Positions 49,801-64,000 of a stretch of DNA of 64,000 nt are shown here, one piece after another (the stretch's first letter is position 1; each line of letters begins with the position of its first letter). Both the position numbers and the translations under genes were made by a program. The notes below the pieces were generated by a model. The model made no database searches, had not been told where the DNA came from, and worked only from the letters and a program-made list of their open reading frames with translations. The DNA is from Tubulanus polymorphus (lineage: Eukaryota; Animalia; Nemertea). The stretch is from NCBI RefSeq assembly GCF_964204645.1, contig NC_134026.1, positions 8,207,950-8,271,949 of the forward strand, read 5' to 3'.

Positions 49801-52800
49801 CCAACTTTCGCTGCAGTTCGAATTCCTGTACACCGAACGCATCGAGATTGTGAGAGACGTCTGAGATTTCCGTTTGGTTAAAGAGAACAAGTTTGCGAAT
49901 GTTTGGCAGTTACTCGGATGAAGGGTTCATTGGAGTGCATAACAATGTTTGATCAACCTCTCCATGTCAAAAATCACGCACTGCCTATTTGGTGAACCCA
50001 TTTGCCAAAGTTGAATTTCGGGTCTTGTGACAAACAACACAGGTCAATCTATCAAACATCGATGTGATCTCGAAAGTTTAACTAAAATCTAATTTTGATT
50101 CGAGCGTCGATCGTGATAATGTGTATTCAATGACAATCGGGGGTTCCAAAGAACTGTTGACCAAAATCTCCCCCTCAATCGTTTTGCTAGAATTTTTTCT
50201 CACGGCCAAGTTTGAGAAATGCTTCAGTTTGAAACAATAAAGTGTGAACCATTGTGCTTATTGAGAACTTAAAGTGTACACATCCAAATTAAACCACACT
50301 TTTCAGGTAAACCGGGGCCACGATTTGAGTCATGAATGAATATGTATACCACAGACAAACCTTTCGAATACAGGGACGGATCTATAGAGTCTGATTTAGG
50401 GAGGGGTGCAACCCCGAAAAAAGGCATTTCATATAATTACAAAGACACCCCGAAAGAAAACCCATCGCAAAATATTAACTCATTCTTGGAACTTCGTATG
50501 AATTTAAACTTTTTAAGGTATACCAGTAGTTGTTTGATATTTTTCATTTTCCAGTTAAATTTTAATTCTAGGGCAACTTGACATTTTAAGGGGCGCACCC
50601 TCCCATAACTCCCCTTGGTTCTGCCCCTGAAATACGGTGATGTTATTTGTTGATTTATGTTGGGCGAATATGATTCTATAATGGATAAAGAAATCCAATT
50701 CCGATTCTGAATTCGAATTACACCCTTTCCCTGTCGCTGTCCTAATGCAAACCATCATGAATTGAAAGATCTAAAACAAACATCATCCGGGATTAAGAAT
50801 AATCCTTGTAAATAACTGTTGTCATGGTGATTGTAATCAATCGTAGCTTAAAAGATGGTCTAATTTGTTGGTCATGTTCGACAACACACACGGATACACG
50901 CCATCTTTGATGTCGAATCCAACGACCTCGCTGAGATGAGCGTTGCGAATGTCGTCGCTGCAAATATTGTCACATCGTCCCTCGGCATGAATTCGAACCT
51001 AATGGCATTTTCAAACAATACCATACGAAATAATATTTTCGAAGTTTAGAGCTTATGATCGAACGCATTATAACTCGGTCTTATACCAATCTCACAGCGT
51101 CGGCCATCTTGGAATTAGGTTTCACCACTAATATAAGAAGGTCCCGCAACAATAACGAACAAATAAAGTCCGGAAATGTTTCCTTGAGCTGTTAATTTAT
51201 TCAACGTTTCGACTATATTCTGATGTTCACCATCTTCGGGAACACTGAATTCAGTATCGGCTTCAGTTGAATTCAGTTTTTTCGTCATTATTGTGGGATT
51301 CTCGTTATATTATCGTCGCAATACGGATATAGTGTCTCACTAACGGTGATAATACGGTGACCAATGTTTCGATAAAAAAGGTCAAACCAACCGACGTTCC
51401 GTTTTACTAAAGTTCGCCAATAGTCAACCGACTACACAAAGGTCGCCATTAGTTCACCGGGCACGCAGCTATTTGACTTGGCACCATCGGCTTCACGATG
51501 TCGCCATGTTCGAATCTCTGCCGACGAGGGATGAAGCAACTGTATCATTCACCGAGATACTAAAACTTAATATCTGCATTATCGGTCGCCGAAGTTGAAT
51601 CTTCTGCGATCGCCACACGGATTACAGAATCATATAGACATGTAGAAATAGGATGACAGACGAGATTTGATTGATTCACACGTTGCGACTGGACGAGACA
51701 CACACAACGCACGCCGTGTAAACCCCCGATTAAAATATATCGATGTATGATCCGAATCCGTGTGTTATAATCATTGACGACTTTTGCAGATGTAAAATAG
51801 ATGCAGATAATTTTTTTTAAATACCTCAACCCACTGAGAGCCACGCAGGGCATTATTGGCTGGTTCGATGTTTCTGTTTCTCAATTGGGGAGAGACCAGA
51901 GAAAGACTTTCGACCAAGAAACTCTGTCGCCACCGGGATTCGAACCCATGAAATTAGATTACAAAAACTCTGTGTGAATTTATAGATTTGTAGATTGTAT
52001 TTGTATAGGTTAGTTTATTCTAAACTGGGAAAACAATAAAGATAATTACCAGGAGTTTTGATATGTTGTATCAAACTGGATGAGAGTTCGGTATGCTTTA
52101 TTACCAAATAACAGGCACAGATTCGTGTTTGCTATTCAGATCAACGTATATTGTTATAATTTCGGAGATGATTTGGCGAATGTGCGGAATGAAATCTTGA
52201 TTGAGTTTTGAATTCATGCGATCTCCGTTCGACGTTCGGCAATCATAGAAAAAGCACTCGCAGCCCAATTAGTTTTGTTTTCAATTTCCACGGAGAGTTC
52301 GACTGAAGCGAGATTGCAATTACTCATGGTATGAATCAGATACTGACAGTTCTTCCATTCACACCGCTGCCAAAGGCGCGTAGAGAGAATGACTTTCTGA
52401 CATCGCTACTATAGACCCGATACAACCTGATCAGCGCTCCCCCGCTGGCCGGTGAAGTATGAAAAACACATCATGGTCGCCCTTATCATCCGTATGAATC
52501 GGAGCGATGACCGCCACGCGGGTGTCAGGAGTAGATAGCTTTATACAGTCTAGTCGCAGTTGTCACAGCGGTCAGCGCATGATTCAACATCGCCCGCCAG
52601 GGAAACCTATTTACCTATTGTATACAACTTTTTTACCTCAGAATGATATGACATTTTTACTAATGCGCTTGTCCGCGACGTCTGGTTCATGGCGATTGTC
52701 GGCGGATTATTGTCTCGATGCGGAAAAAGATGCGATTAAAAGCGAATTCGTTATTGCTCAATTGTGAAAGGATGGACAGCCGAGCAGACGTGCACTGTCG

Positions 52801-53927
52801 CCCGAAATTACGTATCAATACGCAGCGTGTGTTTCTAAACAAACGAAAACCGTTGCGCGCCCGTGAGTCACTTGTATACTTACGCGCGCGCGGACGCTAA
52901 CGACAGTAACTATGGAAATGGCGAATGATGGATTACATCGACGTCGCCATCTACAATGACATTTCACTCGCCGGAAATTATTTGAGATATCTCTCATTTG
53001 ACAATCGGAAAGGCATCGCGGAATGCTTCGCTGTCTACAAATTTCAGATGAATTGATCACCATTCAATTGAGACAGCACGTCGCGCTACAGCGCGGCCCT
53101 ATATGGAGAAATAAAAACAACAACCTGACCGCGCGAGGGCAGAGTGTTGAATAATTTATAATTTATGTTATACTCGCTTTCCGGAAATATTCAGGCAAAC
53201 TACGATAATGTATTTCCTTGGTAACCAGCCATCCCATTAAGTGCAACGGCCCCGCATAATCTAGTTTAGGGATGCGTTGAATTCCGGAGACTGGACTGCG
53301 CATTAGACTAACAGCAGCTCCAGGGACGTGTCATCTTTTCAGAACAAAGGATATGTTTTCCAGCAGAAAAGAAAATTCTGAAAATGACATCTGATCTAGA
53401 AACATAACCTGGATGTCAAAAGCAGACCCCGGTAAAAGCTAATACCGGGAATCATTCGTTTTTTTTTTGTCAGAAGTGTCTTGGTGTTCTCTTTATTCCG
53501 CCTTCGTCTTTCTCGAAACTTCACAACAACCTTGAGCCAGAGTTCGGTCGGTTTTCGTGACGTTTTATCCGGCTAATGAGCCGCCTCGTTCACACCGGTG
53601 GTATCTTTAAGGAGCGGAATAAGGGCCTCGCTTAAAAGCCAGGCGCGAACTTACCGATCACTTTTAATGTAATGTTGACGGACACCGAACCAAATCCATT
53701 AGTAACGGTGCATCTGTATACACCTGAATCTTCCATGATTACGTCTAAGATTCGCAGTCTTTTGTTCATTACTTCAAATCGCTCCCAGCCTCCGCCGATG
53801 ATTTGCATGTCTTTGTGCCATTGGTAATACGCGTCCGAGTCGGATTCCGCCGGACACGGAATCTTCGTGTTGTGTCCCAGGCGGGCCGTGTGGTATTTCG
53901 CCACGCGCTGCGATACCACTGGTGGAC
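37831..53927 (-). CDS. FGFRL1: Fibroblast growth factor receptor-like 1 (FGFRL1/nou-darake), 5'-partial
   Basis: Exons 53927-53655 (Ig1, GPPVVSQRV...ARLG...[13 protein letters not shown]), 42876-42838 (39-nt linker), 41408-41127 (Ig2, [11 protein letters not shown]), 39772-39651 and 39078-38841 (Ig3, [31 protein letters not shown]; DGSYLNKL...[11 protein letters not shown]), 38180-37831 ([12 protein letters not shown] and a kinase-less tail ending YGEC*). Phases consistent. Signal-peptide exon not found in the window. Confidence 0.95.
38366..38540 (+). mobile_element. Solo terminal fragment of the long-TIR transposon family seen at 7868-9633
   Basis: Aligns with 9459-9633, ending CAAAATGGCGCCTAGAAACTGGAAGCTTCTTTATT. 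Confidence 0.8.
40850..41080 (+). mobile_element. L2/CR1-group LINE 3' end fragment
   Basis: Translates to [14 protein letters not shown], then frameshifted (W)N...HLKTTLF, typical of the L2 ORF2 C-terminus; followed by GCGCGATATAAG and an AT-rich tail. Confidence 0.6.
43620..43810. repeat. ~115 bp direct tandem duplication in a FGFRL1 intron
   Basis: AAAGCG(A/G)CCTCCGAAGCATTTTC...TTTCTGT(A/G)AAT..AACAAAA occurs twice (~43620, ~43723). Confidence 0.7.
49298..49513. mobile_element. piggyBac-type MITE
   Basis: TTAA|CCCTTTAAAGCCC ... GGGCTGTAAAGAG|TTAA. Confidence 0.6.
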
Positions 53928-56900
53928 CTGAAAAATATAACAGAAAAGAAAAACGATTTAGAAAATAACATTTTTTAGGATCACGTTCAGGAACTTCGTG
54001 AAACATTCTGCGCGCAACTTTTATGGAAATCGAACCGTTTAAATCGATGGCAGAAATTTCGCGAAATTTTCGTCGGGCAAATTTTTGCCGAAAGCAAACT
54101 ATGGCTTATACTCAGATAACAAGGAATTAGCTTTTATTCGCATTCAACGGTTGCCCAGGTATATTCAAGCGGATCCAGGGATAATAGTCTCTCCGACATC
54201 AGAAACCTGTTACAGGAAATCTATACTTTCAAGTATAAAGTCGTGTACTCGACTTCTTCTGTCGTTTCGCAGCCACATGCGTAGCTCTTGCGAATTGGAA
54301 CCGTTTTAGAGAACCGGGCGCGGGTCCAACGAAACGAAGAAAAAAACTTAGAAAGTTGAAAACTTCTGGTAGAAACGCAACCGATAAGATGTATGATGAA
54401 ACCGTCACCTGATTTCACCGAATTAGTTTATTATTACGTATATACTAGAAAATACCCAGCCACGGCATGGGTAGAAATTTGATTTGATTTGATTTGATTT
54501 GATACATTTCATCGCCACCGTAGTATGATTCCTCACAATCGAGAGTGTGCGTTCCTTGTAAATTGGAAAGATTCGTTGTATATTATCTGAACAAATCCTA
54601 AAATCCCTGTTTTTGCATCTACGTACATGCATTATCTGAAATCTGTATAATGGAATTACGAAAATAATTCGTATGATGTTTTAAACAAATAAATCACTCA
54701 ATCATAATTGCGGGGAATGGAGCCACACCTAAAAACTAACAAAAGAAGAATGTCTATAAAAACGAACCGAATGCATTGAATGATGCGTTGTTACGGAGAT
54801 AATGCCATCGCAAGAAATGCCACCGGAAAAAATGCTATCAAAATTCAGTGAAACAAAGGAGAAAATGCCACCAGGTTACTTTTAGTAAGAAAAAAATAGG
54901 TTAAACGGCAACCAGTCAATGATCTCTTTTTACTTGATCCTTTTGCTTTTTACTTCCTTTTCCCTTAACCCCCTAGTTTGCTTTGCTTTGAATATATTCA
55001 GTTTGTTGTGTTTATGCCGTATATTATTCTGTTTCTATCATTAATACATAAATGATAAGAGTCTTTTCCTAGTACGTATTCAGAGTTGATTAACTATACT
55101 TCGGACGTGTTATCATCTGGATAGAGGAAGCGTTAAAATAAACTATAGCGTTTAATTATCATAATGTATTCATTTTAGATTGTTGGAAAAAAAATTATAG
55201 GTGGCATTTTTCCTATCCTAATGTCATTTTCCATTGGTGGCATGTTTGGCACTGGCATTTTTACCGGTGCTAATTCTCCCGGTGGAATTTTTCCTACATT
55301 CCTATATGATGAACGCCGTCCTATTCGTTCGACTTCCGGGGGATGGGGCGAGTATTTCGAAGCAGAAACACGGTGAACGCTGTAACCGTACGGTTGGGCC
55401 CCGACTGCGGAAAAGAAATACTATCGATAAGAACCAGCGGAGGAATATACCGGCTTATCACGAGACCACTAAAAAACTCCCCGAGCGATCGTTTTTATAG
55501 TTTTACGTCTACTTAAAGCTGCGATCGCACGAGCGTTTTTGGAACAACCCGACCAAATTTTAGTACGGGACAAATGATTGCGTTCGAATTGCAACTGGTT
55601 CCGTTAGTGACTCACTTCACTTTGCACTAGTAGTTTTAGATGTTAGTTTTTCTGGCCCAGAATTTTATGAAGAGTCGAAAATCAGTGGTTGAAACGTTCT
55701 ATCGATGATGGTTTCATTCATCGTCAACTGAAACAAACGGGACATTGTTAAGTATCGAGAGAGTGGTTTACGTGTGAACGCGCTCTCTAATTAGGCATAG
55801 GCTAAATTTGACTCGGGCCTGATCCGGGCCAATTTAGATAAGATAGCTTTATCTTTCTGAAAATTTGTAACGAAACATATATAAAATCATTCATCGGATA
55901 CATGACGAGTGAAAACAATATTTCATACACAATATGAAATGTTGTTACAATATCCCGGGCCAAATCGTCTCCGTGAGATCGCGGCTTTCGAGGTGGCTTC
56001 ATACAATGCAGTCGCAGTCGTCACCATTTCTTTCTCACACAATCGCTCGCCTCTCTATCGACGGCATTATTTATATAGATCGGCCATTTATCGACATAAT
56101 CGTTATTAGAAACATCGCGTTCTGTACCGTTTTAATGATTAACTTTAATTATCATATACCCAATGATTGGCATATCTCATAATCAAACGTTGATTAGGTG
56201 ACAATAAACGACTATTAGGACTATATATCATTTCGCTCTGATGGCTGTCAATTATCATACCAAATGTAAATGATACCATATTTTTCGCGGCCAAATGACT
56301 ATTGCGCACGTATTATACGTGCTGAATATAGCGTGAGTTCTGCCGTTCTGCCTTTTTCGAAGTTATATCGGCCGTTCCCAGAATTTCCAAATACGAATAC
56401 CAACAATATACGATTCATACGAATTATGTCTATTCACCATATTTTATACACATCCACGCTACAGAGCATGATATGTTAAGTGTTGCTGGTATTCTACAGG
56501 ACGACCAGGTGACTGGATGACTAAATTGCAGGTCGACAAAATTCGATGCACTTAAATCTAGTCAGCTAGTCGTCCAGTCAACCAGTGGGGTAGTCATCCT
56601 GTCCTCCGGTCGCCCAATCAACCAAGCTCCTAGTCACTCTAGTCCAGTCATCCAGGGCCAAATTCGGTTTTCGTATCTAGTCGAATAGTGGTCGGAACTA
56701 ACAACCGAATGCACTTGATTTTCGAACTATTTCCGGAATATAGTTCCGACTAACGGACATTCGGTTTCGTTTAGTTCGACTATAGTCGACTAACTCAGAT
56801 AACCGAAGGTGGTCCAGTCGGACAGTCGCCCTTTACTTGTCACCTGTCTACAGTCTGTCGGCGGGTCTCCGGATAAGGAACTGCGTCCGATCATTGACGA

Positions 56901-58485
56901 ATAAACTATCTAGTTAATACGTCCATGGTCCGACGTACGGGACATCTTCCTAGACCTGTGCACTATTCCACCAGATTTTACACACGGGCCCGGGATAAGT
57001 TATTCACAGTCCTGGCATTATTGTGCAATAGCCTGATCATAGGAAAATGACAAGCGCCCTGGCTGTCTAAAGATCGCTGTCAGGTATTTGGGTTACCTGC
57101 TGATCGTACATAAACAAACCAGTTCTCGAAATAACAAAGAAAATCCAATTTATCGTTTAGAAATTGCATATAGGCTCGACGTATTGTATATCTGTTCATG
57201 CCATACATGTGTTTTCATTTCTGGTAGAATTGTAGTTTTCTGCGTTTGAAAAGAAATGGACTTCTTTTAATTTTCACCGGTTGAATTCGCATTTGATGCA
57301 CACATATGTGACAGCTAGGAGGAAGCGGTTTATTTTCTTTTCAAAACTATAACGGTAGCATTTGAGAATGCGTTTTATGCTTATATTCGTTTGATAAAGG
57401 CTAAAAAAAATCATACTTTGTTCTCATTTATGCCGAGCTTAAAAATTGACCCATACGACAACCAATCTACCCTGAAAATTCCTTTTTTTCAATTCAAGTA
57501 TTTTCATCCAATTATGTATTGGATTTGCTTAGAATTCAAAGCCGATTACATAATGCTGTGAGAATATTTCGGTTTTAGTTTGACTTTCGATCTGAAATTA
57601 TAAGGCTTGAAAGTTTATTCCGTTATTTCTACTTTCTGCTTTAAAGTTGGCCCAGTCGGCCGCCATTATAGACTACCCTGTACACTACTTTTTTAAAATC
57701 ACGATCAAGTTAACCATAAGAGACCCGGCAGCTATAGAAGTGAACTGATTACAAATGTTATTGCAGTTTACAAAATAACCCACCCAGGACCCAGTTCCAC
57801 AGTAACTGTGGTTATAACTGTTGTCACAAATGTTGTGAGTTAAGAGATAACTCATTGAAAATAAACTAATTTTAACTATGAGTTAACTCTAACTCAGAAC
57901 TACGGAACCGGATCCTGTTGATTATGAGATACAAAGTATCATTTCAAAATTCAGCCATATATTCAACATATATCGGGATCTATAGATTGATCCTTCGAAT
58001 AGAGAATCGACTGCAGAAAAAAAACCCGACGTGACTGCGACAAATTTCTTGTTTGCGTGCTCAAATTGAATTACACTCGCGTGATTGACACTGGATGGAA
58101 AACGTGTTTTCACATATTTACGGCGTCGTAATACGGCCCGAGCTTGATTAAATGCAAATTTTAATTGATATGTAAATGAGGCTGTCCAGCCACATGTCAA
58201 TTAACGTCAGTTTACTACGGAACAGCGGCGAAGATGCCGAATTCTGTGATTACGGTATATTACTACGGGGAATTGCATCAACCGTGTTATTAAATCTAAT
58301 GAACACGTCGCAGCTTAAACGGCATTATGAACGAGAATGTAAAAATATTTATGAAATTGATTCGCGACCGACGCCGGACTTCGATATACCTATACGTAAA
58401 TGGAAGACGGATAAAGAAGATGATTTTTTATACTTGTACATTTCAAACATGGTTTATCTAAATTTTATATTTTTCACTAAATACA

Positions 58486-58996
58486 AAAGCTGGCGCAAAC
58501 TCAGGATGAAGTTAATTCGCTATCGAATTTGTATACGCGCCATTTTCTTCGCCAAGTTCTGTTGTTTCCCTATTTTCACAGATTTCTAAACACATATTCA
58601 AAGGGAATTTAGTTAAGCTTCTATCGCTTTCGGTGAAGGTCGGTAGGGCCTTACTTGCTTTATGCCCAAATACTTTGATTGTTCTGTTTTCCATATTTTC
58701 ACAGATTTCTAAACACAAATGCTAAAGCTGGTGCAAACTCAGAAGAATTCAGTTAAGTCTCTATCGATTTTGGTGAAGGCATAGAGCCATTTACTTGCTT
58801 AAACCCAAATACTTTGATCGTTCTGTTTTTCCATATTTTCACAGATTTCTAAACACAAATGCTAAAGCTGGTGCAAACTCAGAATTCAGTTAAGTCTCTA
58901 TCGATTTTGGTAAAGGTATAGAGCCATTTTCTTGCCAAATACCCAAATACTTTGATTGTTCTGTTTTTCCCTATTTTCACAGATTTATAAACACAT
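58486..58996. repeat. Minisatellite, ~4 copies of a ~110-140 bp unit
   Basis: Recurring AAAGCTGG(C/T)GCAAACTCAG, CCCAAATACTTTGAT and TATTTTCACAGATTT(C/A)TAAACACA; unit ends at ~58593, 58716, 58856, 58995. Confidence 0.85.
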
Positions 58997-61900
58997 AGAA
59001 TCGAAGAGAAGGAAGCGACGTTCAGAAACCTAATTTCACCAAATTGTTCGAAGCTTTTTTCTCAGCGCAAGTTTGTTTTAACTGTATAAATAGAGGAACT
59101 TTGCTCGAATTAGATTGAGCAGGTAAATAAGATATCGGCTGCCTGGAAACTGCCACCGAGACATGCTCGGAAGTTATGCAATACGATTTGGCACGCAATT
59201 AACCTGACTTCTAGAGCAATCGGGAAACTAATGAAAGTAATTCAATATTCACTTAATAGAATCATCGACCGACCGTAGTGCTGCAATTCCGACCTACTAC
59301 ACAATCTGATGACGTAATACACACTTATCGCACCACGACAATGGCAGAAGTGTTTCGGCAAACATCTCGAATGTCGGCATTATTAAGTGATGAAATTCTG
59401 CCTCGAGAAAATCAAGAAAAATAGCAATTGTGTCTGTATATTTCAGCAGGTGCATTTGGCCCGCTTTGCAAGTTGAATTTATAAGCTAAATTTCCTAAAT
59501 GATCTAAATTTCCCAACTTTTTTCCAAAATGAAATTCTGCGCCAAAAAATCACGAAATCAAGCTATTGTGCTTGTGTATTTGGTCCGCTTTCACCAGACT
59601 TTTTATATGGAAATTCAAGCTCCGATGTTTTTCAACGTCTTTCGATTTTATTTTCCCGATGGGGACATTCAGACAGCCATCAACTTTGAAGAGCAGATTG
59701 TGTTGTCTTTTTTTTAAATTTTCAAACAGATCCACGCCGTAGCGCCATCAGATTCCCGTCATCAACGCGTCAAAACTCTTCAATCGCGCACATCTCGCTA
59801 GAAACGCTTAAATACAGGCGACTCGGCAGAAATGTATAAGTAACGTTGCGGCAGATCTGATGTGTCAAGCATACACGAGTCGTTATTTCGCACATAATCA
59901 CCGCGCTGCGAAGTGCTTCTCATCTTGGTGACTGTCGAGATGTTTAACTCAGACATCTGACACCTATAAGTCATCCTCGAGAGGTCTACTGCTACATATC
60001 ATACAGTGATATATACGGCGCTCAGTACATGCAAATATTCTGCCTTTCTACTTTCACCCTAGTCAAAGAAACATCATACGTCGTTTCTAATGTTTCTGGC
60101 CGTTTTCAAAGCAGTTAAACACGTACAAATCGGCAACAAACTGAAGAAATCTAAAGCGGGGAAACTTAAGGGGTACTAAAATACAGCCAAATACAATAGT
60201 TAGTCGCAAATTTATTTTCCTACTATACAAAAAGTCGCATTTTTACCGATAGCATTTTTCCTATGGTGCAAAATTTTGTGGCATTTTTTTCCGGTGGCAT
60301 TTCTTCTGTATACCACATGGCTTGGATCTGACCTATACGAACAATCATCTCGAGCTCGTTGATATGACAGTTCATGGACAGTCTAAAGACTGAAATTGAC
60401 TCAACTTGGTCTTATCTGAAGCCTAGAGCGCGTAGATCCAATCCTGTTACCATACAGACTTTGGAGATCCCTTCAAATCGAAGAAAGTGTTCTTTCTTTT
60501 TCTTCGGAATAGCGTTTCAGAGAGATTTTGTATACCGGATACGATTAGGAGATCTTTGTTTTATTCTCTGGCATAATCCAGCTCGGAGAAAATAATCGCG
60601 TTGCCTTCCATAACGTTAGTATCCGAGGGTAAACTATATCGGCGAGGTTTATCAACGAAACCGTATTGCTTACAACCGCACCACATGGCTGCAACGTGGT
60701 TACTAAAAGGTTGAACGTTATACCAATTTTACTGACGAGCACTCCGAATATCTACCATTCTAGCAACTTTTATTTTATAAGTAAGGATCACTTTGAGTTT
60801 GTAAATATTTCGTGGTAAATGCCAAATGTGAAATCAATTTATTGTCTAGAAGATTATAGCTAACTGTATCAATCGATTTTTCCAAAAACATAAGAAAAAT
60901 GGGGAAACACTTTTCAAACTTTTTCCCCATCACACCGAAACTATTAAGCCGTCAATCATCCCGTCGTCGTCAATTTGCGCAGTAAAACGCAAAGCTTAGC
61001 ATAATCTGCGCAAAATTCGTTTACAGGATAAAAGTGTCGCGGACGTAAATAATGCTGACCACAGATGTGCCGGTCATTAAATACTGATAATATATGCCCC
61101 GGGTAAGGTGAATGCCGCCGCGAGTTTCTAGCTCGTATTAATATGTTCTATTGTCGTCTGGTTTGCGAATGTTTATCCACAGATATTGCAGTGATTTATA
61201 ACTCCAATTATGCGTTCATTAATCTTGGTGACGATGGCACAGACTGTCTTATAGCGCGATCGCACCGGCTGGCTGATTTTGCCTTCTCCACCACCGACTA
61301 GGCGGTTCGAAGATGATTCAAACGATCCGACTATCAACTCAGAGAATTTTGTACAGTTCGTACTAAAAACAAAACGAAAGCAGATTTTCAGAACAAAAGT
61401 CTGGATCCAATTTTACAACAAAAAAAAGAATTATCATATTTATTCACCTAGTATAAATGATATGCGATTATAAAAAAGGTGCTGAAACATACATATGCTC
61501 GGAAAGCCAATAGAGACTTTTTGTCCCTTTAGGGATCCACGCACCCAGAACCGTATGAATCCAAGCACCCAGAATCATGATAAGTTCCCATTTCTGCAAT
61601 GTCTATAGTCGCTATAACAGTCAGGTTTTTGCTGGGAATCGGAGCGCAGTCGACATGATATAAGCTAGGCTACGATCGCGGTTGCTCTCAGTTGCGTCGG
61701 TATCGGTCGACATAAGTCAGCCTTTATTCAGCCGGGCCCAGCTAAGGGCAGAAGGTTAGCTACCGACATCTAAACTGTCGATTTTCAACCGATCATCGGG
61801 CGAACCAATCTTGCACTGTGCTTGTAAGATATGCGAATATATATATTTATATATATAACCGAAAATAATCGCATTGCGGGATAGAATTTTTGATCAGCGA

Positions 61901-64000
61901 ACGCTGCTCCGTCGAAGAAGATTCATCATGTTATGTCAGCGTATTGTCAGCTTATCTATACCCGAACAGGATTGAGTAAGGCAGAGTAAGGCATGTTAAA
62001 CGGCTATACAGCTAACGAACGATAACTTGTAGCATTTGATGCGGCGATGTTAACCGTACCGTTTTTCCATCTTGCGCCTTACACATTATTTGTCAGTGCA
62101 CAGATGGGCAGGATGATGTCTCAGAAGCTTTCGATAATTTAGTCGGTAACCGGACTGTGTGGTTTTCGTTACGCGAATGATGGCTTTTTTAACCGGCTCA
62201 TCTGACAGCCAACGATCGGGTTACCGCCCTATACCATCGATAACAGAATCTACGAAAACAACTTTCGATTCCACTTGAACGAATCGTATCGTTCGTGTGA
62301 TCGAATCCTGTTGCTGATAGATAGCATGTCTTGATTGATAGGCCTTCGACTTATCCCTCGAATAAGTGGAAAAATAAACCCTAGTTCGCAATGCCCTAGT
62401 GGCGCGCTATACGTAGACTTTTTTCTGATACGTAGGTTATGGTAACAACGGGTGTAGAAATATTTCGGTGATCGTTGAATGAGAGCTATGTGGTACATTC
62501 GCCATCAAAAATGCCACAAAGTTTACTCGGAATATCTACCGAATAATGACAGTTCGTAACTGGTTCGTTTATACAGAAAGTGTTTGATAACAACACCTTC
62601 TTGCACCGATAGACAATTAGCATACAGGCATCTTTACTCACAAATACTTCAATTTGACACCGAAAGCGACTGGATATACCGAATCTCTAAACAAAAGATT
62701 AGTTACCACAACTGGTTACACTCACGGCGTTTCCCGACAAATGTCTAATATTTGTGTTCGAGGTCTAAAATATTTATGTTTAGATGTTTTTATCAGGCTC
62801 GGATACATTAGGGCTGAAGTGCGTGGCAGCGTAAATGGAAACCGGTAGAAAAATTCTGTTTACCCTTCAGAAACGGCCGTCTAAAAGGAACCACTACATC
62901 ATCCGGAGGATAGTTATTGGAGAGCGACGAAGAAGTAGCCGGTCGGAGCAATCCTCTTCGCTTTCTAATGGCATCGGCTTGCAGATATCATCAACTGACA
63001 TACTCGGCGTCAAGATGGCCACTTCGTTTGCCGAGTGAAAGAGTTAACAGAACCAAAACTTTATGTCTTGGTATAACTCGACGTAGAATGACATTTAGAT
63101 AACTATAAATGCTTTCTAAATTTAGGCTTTTTCATTAAAACGCCGGCATCGATTTTGACGTGTCGGCGAAAACAGGCTATATATTCTGCGTTACGTGTGA
63201 AGGCTACCTATGGCATTTTCCTCTTGAAACTTAACTCACCGGATGTTGCACGTTGAACGGCTCGCGAACATCAACAGTTTACGAATTGACAGCCCGAAGC
63301 CGTGATAGAAAAGAACAGCTTTTATACACTTGAATGCGAGCCTCCAACTGCAAAAAGCCAACACAAAAGTGTTGTTTAGCTGGCGGCCATTGATAACAAG
63401 TAGACGATGTTTAATATCAAAATCATCGATAAGCTGCAGTGTTTGAATTCCTCATCGGGTGAACTTCGTAAACGGGCGAAATATAAAAATTAGAGATTGT
63501 TAGTTCACAATATCGCAATTGTCGTTTCCGACTATGCGATCTGAATGGGAACAGCAAAATATGCAATGTACGGTCTGAAAAAAAACCATGATTCCATGAG
63601 GAAGATCACGAGATGTCCGGACGCAAGGCTAAACAAGAAAACTAACGTGAAAGTGTATTGACGCCTTAGAAAATAACTTAAAATTGCTTAAAATTGTCGA
63701 TGGTAAATAATGTTTATATACATTGATACCCGCGTTACTCGAAGGGGTTCTTTGAATCGATGTGCACTACGTCATCAATATTGGCGTTTCAAAATAACAA
63801 TTATAATTGCGCATTTTGGCGTTTATTTTGTAATTAAACATATTTCATAACTACTATCATTATCTTATCTTTGATAAATTTCAATGATTACTTTTTGAGA
63901 GGATGTGCACTGCGTGAATACATCGGGGCTAGACTGGTTGCCGGTCAATTCAATTCAATTATCGATATATTCAAATCCGAAATAACTTTATTGATCCTTG

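Noticed and set aside
54000-64000. FGFRL1 signal-peptide exon or other genes among the short ORFs
   Set aside because: The candidate donors I checked (e.g. ~63239) have in-frame stops upstream; the short ORFs lack domains or overlap repeats.

Overview
AT-rich, intron-containing animal genomic DNA, most consistent with an invertebrate bilaterian; the species cannot be determined from sequence alone. Five protein-coding genes were reconstructed exon by exon with consistent splice phases. They are two tandem SLC43A3/ENBT1-like transporters (minus strand), WDR34/DYNC2I2 (plus, with a U12-type intron), LYAR (plus) and the 3' part of FGFRL1/nou-darake (minus; signal-peptide exon not found). Interspersed repeats include an RTE-X-like LINE, an L2 tail, a tRNA-derived SINE, a Helentron/DINE-1-like element, Penelope-like remnants and many MITEs. 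The main unexplained signal is in the ~4.9 kb putative FGFRL1 3'UTR. It carries 12 strand-specific seed matches to the Hox-cluster microRNA miR-10 (five 8mers, one extending to 12 nt), suggesting a miR-10/FGFRL1 anterior-posterior circuit. Other highlights: divergence islands in predicted pore-lining helices of otherwise locally homogenised SLC43A3 paralogs, and a transposon carrying four regularly spaced CTCF-like motifs between the housekeeping genes and FGFRL1.
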